From a virus: 64,000 bases of DNA. This document shows positions 10,225-19,649 of the stretch, piece by piece (position 1 is the first letter of the stretch; the number at the start of each line of letters is the position of its first letter). The position numbers and the translations under genes are program-made. A model generated the notes under the pieces. That model was not told the origin of the DNA. It saw nothing but the letters and a program-made list of their open reading frames with translations, and did not search any database. The stretch lies in the IMG/VR virus record IMGVR_UViG_3300016476_001289; one strand, written 5' to 3'.

Positions 10225-10863
10225 ATGATACTAGGACTCGACCCCTCTTTAAGAGCATTTGGGTGGACTTTAATTGATGACAATTTATCTATTGTAGATA
10301 AAGGTTTATTCTCTACGGAAGCAGATATTATCTTTGTAGATAGATATATTTACCTAAGAGAAGAACTAAGAAAACTTATACAAGAGTGTAAAAAGAAAAC
10401 AGAGAGATTACAAGTAGGTATAGAATCACCTATCTTTAATGATTTATATAGTGAAGGGATGTATGGTTTATTCTTATATAGCAATGAAGCACTTAAACTA
10501 GAAAAGATGGATGTGGTGTTTTTAACACCTAATCAAGTTAAATCTCATGCTCATGAATTTTTACAAAGACCTAAAGGTTGGAAGATGCAAAAAGCAGATA
10601 TGGTGGAAGCCTGTAAGAAAGCTAACCCCCATGTTAAATCAATTAACCACCACCAATCAGATGCTTATTGGGTAGGTAGGATAGCGAGTAGGTTTTGGGA
10701 TGTTATGGATGAGAGAATAGATATAAGTGAATTGACAGAGTTAGAAAAGAAACAATTTACAGATGTGGATTTATATTTAAAGGGAGCTAAGGAAGGGAGA
10801 GTAAAGAGAACAGGTATATCACATAAAGAAGATGATAGGTGGTTTAGGTGGAGCAATAAATAA
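10225..10863 (+). CDS. RuvC-like Holliday junction resolvase
   Basis: ILGLDPSLRAFGW, VGIESP, PNQVK, KADM, HQSDAY acidic RNase H-fold residues. Confidence 0.85.
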   Translation: MILGLDPSLRAFGWTLIDDNLSIVDKGLFSTEADIIFVDRYIYLREELRKLIQECKKKTERLQVGIESPIFNDLYSEGMYGLFLYSNEALKLEKMDVVFLTPNQVKSHAHEFLQRPKGWKMQKADMVEACKKANPHVKSINHHQSDAYWVGRIASRFWDVMDERIDISELTELEKKQFTDVDLYLKGAKEGRVKRTGISHKEDDRWFRWSNK

Positions 10864-10925
10864 TTTATATAAGGTTCTCTTTATAAGTTTATAAATTAAC
10901 TTAATAAATATAAGGAGAACATTAT

Positions 10926-13900
10926 ATGTTTTTTCAAAGAAATCGTTTTGGATGGAGAAGAGCATCCGATCTTAAATTAAAGATGGAAAAAGAAATTGAA
11001 TCTTTCAAGAAATCATTGAATATTGCATTAGATCAATATTTTCATTATAACACTGCTTTGGGTTTTATGGAATCTAAACACAATATTGATGATTTCACAG
11101 ATATTGTCTATGGTGAAGTAGTTAGAGGACAAATCGTTTCTTTTTATTCTCCTGATAATACAGACAAAAAAGTAAGAGTTTCTACAAATTTAAAGACATT
11201 ACCCGATGGTAGCATATCTGGTGGTTGTCGAATCGAATTTGCTAATACCGAATATGATGTTGATCCTAAATATAATCCATATACTATCTCAGCTTCAGAT
11301 GCTAGTTCTATTTATGAGAGTATAAAAAGAGATCCTTACTCTGAAAATACAAGTAAACTTTTACATTCATATTTCAAAAAGAATACTAGCATTATAGAGG
11401 AATTTGAACCTAATAAAATAGGATATCTTAATCCAAACCCCTGGAATGATATGTTAAATAGCGATGGAACACCCGTCAATTCTATGTCTGATTGGATGGT
11501 AAAACCCAAAGCTCCTAAAGTCACCACACCTAAACAAATAGTTTTAACTCCTGAACAAGCACTTGTCCTTGAATTTTTTGGATTGACCAAAATACCCGAC
11601 AATCAAGTAATTAACCTAAAAGATAAGGACATCTTGGAAAAGGCATTTGAATTTCCTGCTCTTCTAGAAATTCAAAAAGCCATATTCAATAATGTCATTA
11701 GAATTTATTTCTGGGAAGAAAAAGTGGTGACAGGAAAAGATAGAGGTGCGAAATATTTCGATCAATTCTTTAAAAAAGGGACTTTATACTTTACTAAACC
11801 TGGAATTAATTCTCCTTTTGAACTAAAAGTAAATTTAACTTTTGCTGTAAGAGCAGGACTTGAATTAAATCTCACCTATGAGAGTAGTGTAGGTGGTGGA
11901 AATATTAATTTAAGCTATAAGAAATCAAACTTCACCCTACCTTTAAACATGAATCAGGTTTTTCCTTCTATCCATCAAAACCAAGAATTTAAAACTTTTC
12001 TTCAAAATGTATTAAAATCTTTAGGTTTGTATGAAGAACCTAACGAAGAACTAAGTCTAGCTAAGAACAATGCCATAGCCATAACTAAAGCATTTGTTTA
12101 CGCATATTTAGATAAAAAAATAGAGATTAGTGATAGCGAGATTCTCTATAAAAAAGATAGCGAATATCGTATTGAACCTATATCTATTCAGGAATTCGTT
12201 AGCTTCACCTATGATTTGAAGACTAAAGCATCACGCGTTAATATCTATTATGGTAAGTTTGATGAAAAAAAGAATATCGAAACTTTAGACTTTAAACCCG
12301 TTATTACTTTAGAAATAGCTCTCGACCCTTTCTCTACAAGAGTACAGAATTTCTTAAAAAGAAGTATAATGAAATTAGATGTTCCCGTCCAGACACCCCC
12401 ATCTGATATTATTGGAGACCTACCTACTCAACCTAAAGAAGAAGCGATTAAGGCGTTTTCTTTATATTCTAAATATCAAAACCTAGATAACTTTATAGCA
12501 AGAATAAAACCTATTATTAATCTATTACCTTTAGATTCTTATGAATATACAGAAGAGAAAGCTATTACAACCCTCAAATCAAGATTAGATGGTTTTAAAA
12601 CAATGGAAAAATATAGAGTAGTAACAATGGCTAATGTTATGAGTGCTTTAAATTATGTTAAACCACTTTTAGATTCCATTAAAAAAACTCCTATTTTAGT
12701 ACCTGAAGAACCTGAAGTTGTAGAACAACCTATAATTACACCTACAATAGAACAACCTGTATTTACACCTCCTGTAATTGAAGAACCTGTATTTACTCCA
12801 CCATCTAGAGTTAAATCACCTAGAGTAAGACAACCTAAACCTATAATTACACCTACAATAGAACAACCTATATTTACTCCACCCGTAATAGAAGAACCTG
12901 TATTTACTCCACCATCTAGAGTTAAATCACCTAGAGTTAGACAACCCAAGCCTATAATTACACCTGTAATAGAACAACCTATATTTACTCCACCCGTAAT
13001 TGAAGAACCTATATTTACTCCACCACCTATGGTAAAACAACCTAGAGTTAGAAGACCTAATGTACCTTCACCTTCTATTATAGAAAAATCCGATTTCTTA
13101 CCAGAAATAGAAGAGACTCCTATTCTAAAACAAAGAACTAGAAAAGACCTTCCTATTAACCAACCTATTAGCTTACCACCTAAACCACCTAGAGTTAGAC
13201 AACCCAAGCCTTTAATTACACCTACAATAGAACAACCTATATTCACACCACCTGTAATTGAAGAACCCATATTTACTCCACCATCTATGGTAAAACAACC
13301 TAGAGTAAGACAACCTAAACCTGTAATTGAAGAACAAGTATTTAATCCTCCTGTAATTAAGACTCCAGAACCTGTATATACTGCAATACAACAAAAAGCA
13401 GCAGATGCTTTCTCTTTCTTAGCTGCAGAATTAAATCTAGGTAGTCTTCACCCTAATGACATCTATCTAGTAATGTCTGAAATTAAACCTATTACAGATA
13501 AGTTACCAGGAAGAGCCCCATCTGTCACTAAAACTATTACACCTCTAATAGTTAAGAAAGTTATCCAAGTTTTTGCAGACTTACATAACTACTATGATTT
13601 TAGTGATCTTAGTCCAAAGAGTGTGAATGAAGTTTTAATGGCATTAAAACCATTAATGGATAAACTACCTGCTTTAATGTTAAAACCGGTTGCACCTAAA
13701 AAAGTTAAAACAGACATCTTAGCTGAAAAAGCAATTCATACTTTTGAATACCTTAATGCAGATTTAGAACTAGGAAGTCTAAAACCAACTGAGATTTATG
13801 AACTTACTTCTCAAATTAAACCTTTAACAGATAAAATGATTGGTACTCCTCTTAAACCTTTAGCAAGTTTAACACCTTCCTTAGTCAATAAGATTATCAT

Positions 13901-14039
13901 GGCACTAAAGAACTTAGATAAAATCTATGATCTAGGTGATTTAACTATTACTGAAGCAAATGAAGTACTAGGTATCCTAAAACCCTTAATGGATAAAGTT
14001 CCTAATTTATCTTTTAAAAAGAAAGCATTTTGGTTCTAA
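10926..14039 (+). CDS. large protein with Pro-rich tandem repeats and repeated helical domains
   Basis: 1037 aa; 37-aa repeats; repeated IKPxxDKLP helical units; RRAS at the N-terminus and KKAF at the C-terminus. Confidence 0.7.
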   Translation: MFFQRNRFGWRRASDLKLKMEKEIESFKKSLNIALDQYFHYNTALGFMESKHNIDDFTDIVYGEVVRGQIVSFYSPDNTDKKVRVSTNLKTLPDGSISGGCRIEFANTEYDVDPKYNPYTISASDASSIYESIKRDPYSENTSKLLHSYFKKNTSIIEEFEPNKIGYLNPNPWNDMLNSDGTPVNSMSDWMVKPKAPKVTTPKQIVLTPEQALVLEFFGLTKIPDNQVINLKDKDILEKAFEFPALLEIQKAIFNNVIRIYFWEEKVVTGKDRGAKYFDQFFKKGTLYFTKPGINSPFELKVNLTFAVRAGLELNLTYESSVGGGNINLSYKKSNFTLPLNMNQVFPSIHQNQEFKTFLQNVLKSLGLYEEPNEELSLAKNNAIAITKAFVYAYLDKKIEISDSEILYKKDSEYRIEPISIQEFVSFTYDLKTKASRVNIYYGKFDEKKNIETLDFKPVITLEIALDPFSTRVQNFLKRSIMKLDVPVQTPPSDIIGDLPTQPKEEAIKAFSLYSKYQNLDNFIARIKPIINLLPLDSYEYTEEKAITTLKSRLDGFKTMEKYRVVTMANVMSALNYVKPLLDSIKKTPILVPEEPEVVEQPIITPTIEQPVFTPPVIEEPVFTPPSRVKSPRVRQPKPIITPTIEQPIFTPPVIEEPVFTPPSRVKSPRVRQPKPIITPVIEQPIFTPPVIEEPIFTPPPMVKQPRVRRPNVPSPSIIEKSDFLPEIEETPILKQRTRKDLPINQPISLPPKPPRVRQPKPLITPTIEQPIFTPPVIEEPIFTPPSMVKQPRVRQPKPVIEEQVFNPPVIKTPEPVYTAIQQKAADAFSFLAAELNLGSLHPNDIYLVMSEIKPITDKLPGRAPSVTKTITPLIVKKVIQVFADLHNYYDFSDLSPKSVNEVLMALKPLMDKLPALMLKPVAPKKVKTDILAEKAIHTFEYLNADLELGSLKPTEIYELTSQIKPLTDKMIGTPLKPLASLTPSLVNKIIMALKNLDKIYDLGDLTITEANEVLGILKPLMDKVPNLSFKKKAFWF
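12729..13360 (+). repeat. 111-bp coding tandem repeat (PIITPTIEQPxFTPPVIEEPxFTPPSRVKSPRVRQPK)
   Basis: Unit starts at 12729, 12840 and 12951, with a further copy from about 13209. Confidence 0.9.
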
Positions 14040-14088
14040 TTTAATATAATATGCTATTGGAAATCCAAAACTCTTATAGGAGCTACCA

Positions 14089-15282
14089 ATGGCGAAAGCT
14101 AATCTATTAAAAATTCAAGAGGAACTTAAAAAATCCCTTAAAGAAGATTTTGTCGTTAAACTCGATACTAACTCTATCTCTAAAACTACACCACATATCC
14201 CAACAGGTTCTCTAGCTTTAGATTATCTCATCGGTGGTAAAGAAAATGCTAATGGTGTTAAACCATGTCCAGGTATTCCTCGTGGTCGTATCACTAACAT
14301 CTATGGTAATCCAGGTGCAGGTAAAACTACTATCGCTTTACAAACAGCTGCACAAACTTGTATGGCTGGTGGCACTGTTCTTTACATCGACTGGGAAAAT
14401 GAAGTTGAACCTAAATATGCAGCAGAACTAGGTGTGCCTATTTCCGACCCCACTAAATTCATGCTCGTTCAACCTGATACTCTCGAAAATGGCTTAAAGT
14501 TTATGGCTATGGCTGCTAAAGATGGTGTTGACCTTATCGTTATCGACTCTGTTGGTGCAGGTGTTCCTCAAGCTATGTTTGAAAAACAAGAAGGTGAAGC
14601 TCCTGCTGTTGGCTTAAATGCTAGAACTTGGTCTGTTTATTTACCTAAACTCAAAGGTCTCATTGCTAAACATAATACTGCTGTTATTGGCATCTCTCAA
14701 TTAAGAGATGCTATCGGTGGTATGCCATCTTTCTCAGGACCTAAAACTCTTGCTCAAGGTGGTAAAGCATGGCAATATTACTCTTCCTTACAGATTAAAT
14801 TATCTGTTGTCCAAAAAGAAAAGGGTAAAGAATGGGATGCCTTACAAGGTAAATCTATTGAAACCGTTACAGGTGCAGTAGTAAGAGCGCACTTAGATAA
14901 ATGTAAAGTATCTGATAGTGTTCACCATGAAGCTGACTTTTACCTTATGAGTGGTAAAGGTGTAGATAATGAAAGAACAGTTATTGAACTTGCTATCGCT
15001 AATGGTGTTATAGCTAAAAAGGGTGCATGGTTCTCTTGGATGGGACCAAAGGGTGAAATTCGTGGTCAAGGGTTACAAACCTTTAGAGATAACCTAGCGA
15101 CTACTGAAGGGGCTTTAATGTTCCTCTTTAATCAAGTTAAAGATAGTTTAAGTGGTTCTAAGGGTGGGGATAGTGCAACACCTGCTAAACCTATCGTATC
15201 TAAGGGTGCAGAAGCAACTGATTTAGATGATTTATTCTCAGATGTTGAAGAACTTGCTGAAGATTTTGGTGATGATATTTAA
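14089..15282 (+). CDS. recA: RecA recombinase
   Basis: IPTGSLALD, Walker A GNPGAGKTT, LIVIDSV, ISQLR, GGKA, KKGAWFS. Confidence 0.95.
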   Translation: MAKANLLKIQEELKKSLKEDFVVKLDTNSISKTTPHIPTGSLALDYLIGGKENANGVKPCPGIPRGRITNIYGNPGAGKTTIALQTAAQTCMAGGTVLYIDWENEVEPKYAAELGVPISDPTKFMLVQPDTLENGLKFMAMAAKDGVDLIVIDSVGAGVPQAMFEKQEGEAPAVGLNARTWSVYLPKLKGLIAKHNTAVIGISQLRDAIGGMPSFSGPKTLAQGGKAWQYYSSLQIKLSVVQKEKGKEWDALQGKSIETVTGAVVRAHLDKCKVSDSVHHEADFYLMSGKGVDNERTVIELAIANGVIAKKGAWFSWMGPKGEIRGQGLQTFRDNLATTEGALMFLFNQVKDSLSGSKGGDSATPAKPIVSKGAEATDLDDLFSDVEELAEDFGDDI

Positions 15283-15338
15283 TTACTAATATAATATAGT
15301 ATATTCTCTTTGTCTTATTTAATAAGGATATACTACTA

Positions 15339-16736
15339 ATGAAGATCAATGTTGAAAATTTTCAATCTATCAGTAAAGCACAAGTTGAAGTTAAAGGTTT
15401 AACTATTATCACAGGTCAAAATAACACAGGTAAATCAGCACTTGCTAGAGCTATATCAGGTGTCTTCACTAACCCTAGAGGAAATAGCTTTGTTCGTATA
15501 GGAAATCCCTCCACCTCTGTTGAAATTGAATTTGATGATGGTAATACGATTAAATGGTCTAAAGGTAAAAATGTTAATGAGTATGAAGTGAATGGTAAAC
15601 TCATTCAAAAAGTAGGCACTGAAGTTCCTGATGAAGTTTATCTTGCTAGTAAAGTAAAACCTGTTGAAGTAGATAATAAAGAAGTCTACCCTCAAATCGC
15701 TAAACAATTCCAACAAGTGTTTTTAATTGATCTCCCACCATCTTCTCTTGCTAGTGCTTTATCTAATGTCGATATTATCCAACAACTAGAAAAAGCATCT
15801 GCCTTAGCTAGAACAGAGATTAAAGATTTAGGCACTCAAATTAAAACTAAAACTAATGACCTTAATGAAGCTAAAGACTATATCAAAAAATTTAATGGTG
15901 TTGATGATATAGAAAAACAACTTATACTTATAGATCAATTAGAGAACAGGCTTAAACAAAAAGAAGAGAATATCACCACCCTAGAACAAGAATTTAAACA
16001 AAGAAATGCTTTAAAATCTCTTATAGATAACTTATCTGATGCCTTAAATATAGACATTAAAACAGACAATAATGCTTTATTAGACCTAGAAAATCGTTAT
16101 ATCGCAGGGTATGCGGACCGTCTCAAAAGAAACACTTTAAACACTATTATTTCTAATTTAGAAGATGTTAGTCATGTAAATATCACCACCGACCCTTCTA
16201 TTATTGAATATAAAGATAACACCTTATCTAGTGTTTTAGATTTACAGGTGAAACAAGATAAACTTAAAAAAGTATATGAAGTATTAAAAGATAGTGTCTA
16301 TATAGAGAATATAGACACAGATCATATTCTTATAGAAGATAAGACAAACACCTTAAACGATATAGTAGATTTACAAGAAAGACAACTTAAAGCATATAAG
16401 ATATATCAGTCTTTAAAGGGTGTGAGGAATGTTAATTTTAGTATTGATGTAAATAGAATAGAATCTTTAGAAGAGGTGATAAAGTTAAAGAGAAATAGAA
16501 TGAGATTGAAGTTAGCTATATATATTTTAGAAGGGGGTTTAGAAACATTACCTAAGATTAAGAATGTTAATGTAGATAATAGGATAGATGAGTTAGATAT
16601 GTTAAAAGAGAATAAGAATAAACTTGAATCAGCAATAGGTATAATTAATAATGAATTGGTAAAAGTAAACAAAGAACTTGAAGAATTACATATAGGTGAT
16701 ATATGTCCTTTATGTAATCAAGGTGTCTGTAAGTAG
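15339..16736 (+). CDS. Rad50/SbcC N-terminal half (Walker A, coiled coil, terminal zinc hook)
   Basis: VENFQS, GQNNTGKS, Q-loop region, coiled coil, ends in CPLC; no Walker B. Confidence 0.85.
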   Translation: MKINVENFQSISKAQVEVKGLTIITGQNNTGKSALARAISGVFTNPRGNSFVRIGNPSTSVEIEFDDGNTIKWSKGKNVNEYEVNGKLIQKVGTEVPDEVYLASKVKPVEVDNKEVYPQIAKQFQQVFLIDLPPSSLASALSNVDIIQQLEKASALARTEIKDLGTQIKTKTNDLNEAKDYIKKFNGVDDIEKQLILIDQLENRLKQKEENITTLEQEFKQRNALKSLIDNLSDALNIDIKTDNNALLDLENRYIAGYADRLKRNTLNTIISNLEDVSHVNITTDPSIIEYKDNTLSSVLDLQVKQDKLKKVYEVLKDSVYIENIDTDHILIEDKTNTLNDIVDLQERQLKAYKIYQSLKGVRNVNFSIDVNRIESLEEVIKLKRNRMRLKLAIYILEGGLETLPKIKNVNVDNRIDELDMLKENKNKLESAIGIINNELVKVNKELEELHIGDICPLCNQGVCK

Positions 16737-16742
16737 GTGAAT

Positions 16743-16961
16743 ATGTTATTTTGGTTTGGTAATACATCAAACGATATAAGTTCTAATGAAACATTTTTAT
16801 ATTTAAAATCTAGTGTGTCTTCTCGTTTAAGTGGTGTTCCTGTATATGAAGATAATTTTAGAAGAGCTATAAGCTTATATGTCGCTAGGAATAGAAGAGT
16901 AATTATAGATAATTTTGGAATACATGAAGATGTCTATTTAGCACCTAAGGTGAGTAAATAA
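16743..16961 (+). CDS. small paralogue array member 1 (target-recognition-subdomain-like)
   Basis: NFRRAISLYVAR...VYLAPK; ATG at 16743 after AGGTGA SD preferred over GTG at 16737. Confidence 0.8.
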   Translation: MLFWFGNTSNDISSNETFLYLKSSVSSRLSGVPVYEDNFRRAISLYVARNRRVIIDNFGIHEDVYLAPKVSK

Positions 16962-16962
16962 A

Positions 16963-17187
16963 ATGATCTGCTATATACATAGTAATGGTAATGATGTACA
17001 ATTTAATCAAACTCATGTATGGATTATGAGTAATAAATATCAAGGAACAAACTCAGGACCACATGGGTTTTATATAACAAGAGAGAATATAAGAAGAGCT
17101 ATTGCATATTACAATGCTAGAGCTTTAATAAAATCAAGTTGGGTATTTACAAATAATGTATATTTACCACCTAAGGTGAGTAAATAA
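16963..17187 (+). CDS. small paralogue array member 2
   Basis: NIRRAIAYYNAR...VYLPPK. Confidence 0.8.
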   Translation: MICYIHSNGNDVQFNQTHVWIMSNKYQGTNSGPHGFYITRENIRRAIAYYNARALIKSSWVFTNNVYLPPKVSK

Positions 17188-17188
17188 A

Positions 17189-17416
17189 ATGATATGCTAT
17201 TTTGAAATAAGTAGGAATAATACATCAAGAAATAGAATGTTTGTAATTATATTAAGCAGTCAATTTTCTGATAAAAGTGGTGTGCCAATATTTGAAAAGA
17301 ATTTTAGAAACTTTATAAGTTTATCTGTTGCTAAAAGTGATACGATAATACCACAAAGTCGATGGGTTTCTCATGGAGATGTCTATTATGCACCTAAGAA
17401 AGATACTTTAAAATGA
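17189..17416 (+). CDS. small paralogue array member 3
   Basis: NFRNFISLSVAK...VYYAPK. Confidence 0.8.
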   Translation: MICYFEISRNNTSRNRMFVIILSSQFSDKSGVPIFEKNFRNFISLSVAKSDTIIPQSRWVSHGDVYYAPKKDTLK

Positions 17417-17634
17417 TTTGTTGGTTTGAAAATGACTCTAATGATATATCTAGTATAGATACTTATGTATTCTTATTATCTAGTGTATCGAGTAGAAAAA
17501 CAGGTATCTATGTCCACCCTTTTAATTTTAGAAAATCATTATCTCTCTATATAGCTAGAAATAGAGATATTATATCCCCTACAGATTTTCGTATACATAA
17601 TAATGAATACTTAGCACCTAAGGTGAATAAGTAA
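17413..17634 (+). CDS. small paralogue array member 4
   Basis: NFRKSLSLYIAR...EYLAPK; ATGA overlap with member 3. Confidence 0.8.
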   Translation: MICWFENDSNDISSIDTYVFLLSSVSSRKTGIYVHPFNFRKSLSLYIARNRDIISPTDFRIHNNEYLAPKVNK

Positions 17635-17635
17635 A

Positions 17636-17866
17636 ATGATCTGTTGGTTTGAACATAGTAATAATGAGATTGCTAGAAATGAAAAGATGGTTTTCATACT
17701 TTCTTCTCTATCTTCCAGTAAATCAGGTGTCTGTGTAAAGAAAGAGAACTTTAGAGAATTTATTGCTTTAAGTGCAAGTAAAGGTAGAGAAGTTATAGGT
17801 AGGAGTAAATGGTTTATTATTAATGATCCTTATTTTAAACCTAAAAAAAATGAAGGAAGGGGGTAA
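17636..17866 (+). CDS. small paralogue array member 5
   Basis: NFREFIALSASK...PYFKPK. Confidence 0.8.
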   Translation: MICWFEHSNNEIARNEKMVFILSSLSSSKSGVCVKKENFREFIALSASKGREVIGRSKWFIINDPYFKPKKNEGRG

Positions 17867-17871
17867 ATAAA

Positions 17872-18096
17872 ATGATCTGTTGGTTTGAAAATCATGGGAA
17901 CGATGTTTCCAATATTAATACTTATGTCTTTATCACTTCTACTATATCTAGTAGACACTCAGGTTTCTATTCTCAAAAAAGTAATTTTAGAAGATCAATA
18001 GGTTTATATATAGCTAGAAATAGAGATATAATACCCCCCACTAATTACACCTTACATAATAATGTATACCTAGCACCTAATAGAGAAACTATATAA
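17872..18096 (+). CDS. small paralogue array member 6
   Basis: NFRRSIGLYIAR...VYLAPN. Confidence 0.8.
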   Translation: MICWFENHGNDVSNINTYVFITSTISSRHSGFYSQKSNFRRSIGLYIARNRDIIPPTNYTLHNNVYLAPNRETI

Positions 18097-18097
18097 A

Positions 18098-18337
18098 ATG
18101 ATATTTCACTTTGAGATAAATAGAAATGAAGTAAGGACAAATTCTATATTGGTAGTTCTCACATCTAGCTGTTATGGATATGGTAGCACACCTATAAATG
18201 AAAATAACTTTAGAAGAGCTATTGCCCTATATATATGTAGGACAGGTAATATTATTGATAATAGAAAATATGAAAATTGGCATAAGACAAGTGATAAATA
18301 CCTAGCTCCTAAAATAAAGTCTCTTGCTGATATTTAA
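18098..18337 (+). CDS. small paralogue array member 7
   Basis: NFRRAIALYICR...KYLAPK. Confidence 0.8.
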   Translation: MIFHFEINRNEVRTNSILVVLTSSCYGYGSTPINENNFRRAIALYICRTGNIIDNRKYENWHKTSDKYLAPKIKSLADI

Positions 18338-19448
18338 CACTCTTTACTTCTTTATTTATAGAATTACCTTCACCTATATACTCATGTGAATAACATATTC
18401 TCTCAGCATGAGAATTATAATCAAAGCTAGTATAAGCACCTCTCTTCTTATCACTTGTAGCCATACCTACATAAGAACTCTTTCTACTCACATTATTCAT
18501 ACTCGTAGGCTTCCAATTAGATGCCCTATTTCTATGTTCACCTAGTTTAGGGTGTGCTGTTTTAGAAAAATACCTACACCCCTTATCTATAAACATTTGT
18601 GCTATCGTATCAGATAACTTCGATCCTAATCCTATACCTTGATAATCAGGTAGAATAACCGTTCTATGTTCTCTCCAAGCATTTCTTACATCACGACCAG
18701 GTGATGGGATAGCTGATGAGAAACCACAAATGTGATCTTTATCGTTAAGCATTAACCAACAATAAGCACCTGCATTAATATCCGAACTTAAATAGTGATG
18801 GTTTTTGAAGACTGCCCATGCTTTTGTTGAGCAAGGTATAATTCGATATTCTGAAGATTGCCGAACTGACCTCCCTTCTACAAGCGACCCTGTAATAGTG
18901 TTTATAACCCAATCAGGTTCTAACCAATCTATAACATCTTCATGACATGATGCTATTACAATCTTCCTATATCCTAGTTTATCTATGGTATTCCTTAACC
19001 CTATACTAATAGATTTAGCTAAGTCTCTATTACAGACACTTGTAAATTCATCTATAATACAGCCGTCTTTTAAAGACACAGCAATATCCGCCCTATGTTT
19101 TTCACCTGTAGATAAAACATGATATGGTCTACATAGGGAAGGAATGGAAGATAAACCTAATCTCATAAGAAGATTGGGGTCAACTTGAGAAGCAATAGCT
19201 TTATTGGAATCCCAACTAAATTCGGTGATATTACCAAATTCTTGTAATAAGGTAGACTTGCCTGTACCAGAAGACCCATAGATAACCCCTAAAGAAAATT
19301 CATTGGGGACTTCAAATTCAGGTACTAAGAAAGAAGATTCACCTGAAAAAGTATAATCTGTAGCTTGAGATAGATTCTCTAAAATAGAGTCAAGTTCTAC
19401 TTTGATGGTTCTTTGATAACCACCTATTTTTTTGTAATCAAATAACAT
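18309..19448 (-). CDS. ABC-type ATPase fused to a GNAT-like acyltransferase domain
   Basis: GSSGTGKST, LSTGE, IIDEFTS, ASCHED; then FKNHHYL and RTVILPDYQGIGLG acyl-CoA-binding motif; no TM segments. Confidence 0.85.
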   Translation of the reverse strand: MLFDYKKIGGYQRTIKVELDSILENLSQATDYTFSGESSFLVPEFEVPNEFSLGVIYGSSGTGKSTLLQEFGNITEFSWDSNKAIASQVDPNLLMRLGLSSIPSLCRPYHVLSTGEKHRADIAVSLKDGCIIDEFTSVCNRDLAKSISIGLRNTIDKLGYRKIVIASCHEDVIDWLEPDWVINTITGSLVEGRSVRQSSEYRIIPCSTKAWAVFKNHHYLSSDINAGAYCWLMLNDKDHICGFSSAIPSPGRDVRNAWREHRTVILPDYQGIGLGSKLSDTIAQMFIDKGCRYFSKTAHPKLGEHRNRASNWKPTSMNNVSRKSSYVGMATSDKKRGAYTSFDYNSHAERICYSHEYIGEGNSINKEVKSVKYQQETLF

Positions 19449-19649
19449 AATATGATGTCCTTGTAAGAGTAGATAACATCCTATTATTATATGATAGATA
19501 TAATAAACTACTCTGTCTTTTGTTTAAATTGAGATCATATCCTAGACATAAGATCATCATATTGAGATTGGGTAAGTTGTCTTTAAGGTATTATCTATGT
19601 TGTGTCATTAAAATACTATAATATTATATTATCATTGAAAGGATTTATT

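Larger units (their letters stand above)
16942..17640 (+). repeat. conserved inter-gene junction CACCTAAGGTGAGTAAATAAAATGAT
   Basis: Exact 26-bp copies at 16942-16967 and 17168-17193, variant at 17615-17640; partial CACCTAA at 17391 and 18074. Confidence 0.85.

Noticed and set aside
16743-18337. CRISPR array or diversity-generating retroelement explanation for the repeats
   Set aside because: Units are ~225-bp ORFs rather than short spacers; no reverse transcriptase and no near-identical pair differing only at adenines in this window
18309-19448. ABC transporter
   Set aside because: No membrane subunit; the ATPase is fused to a GNAT-like domain
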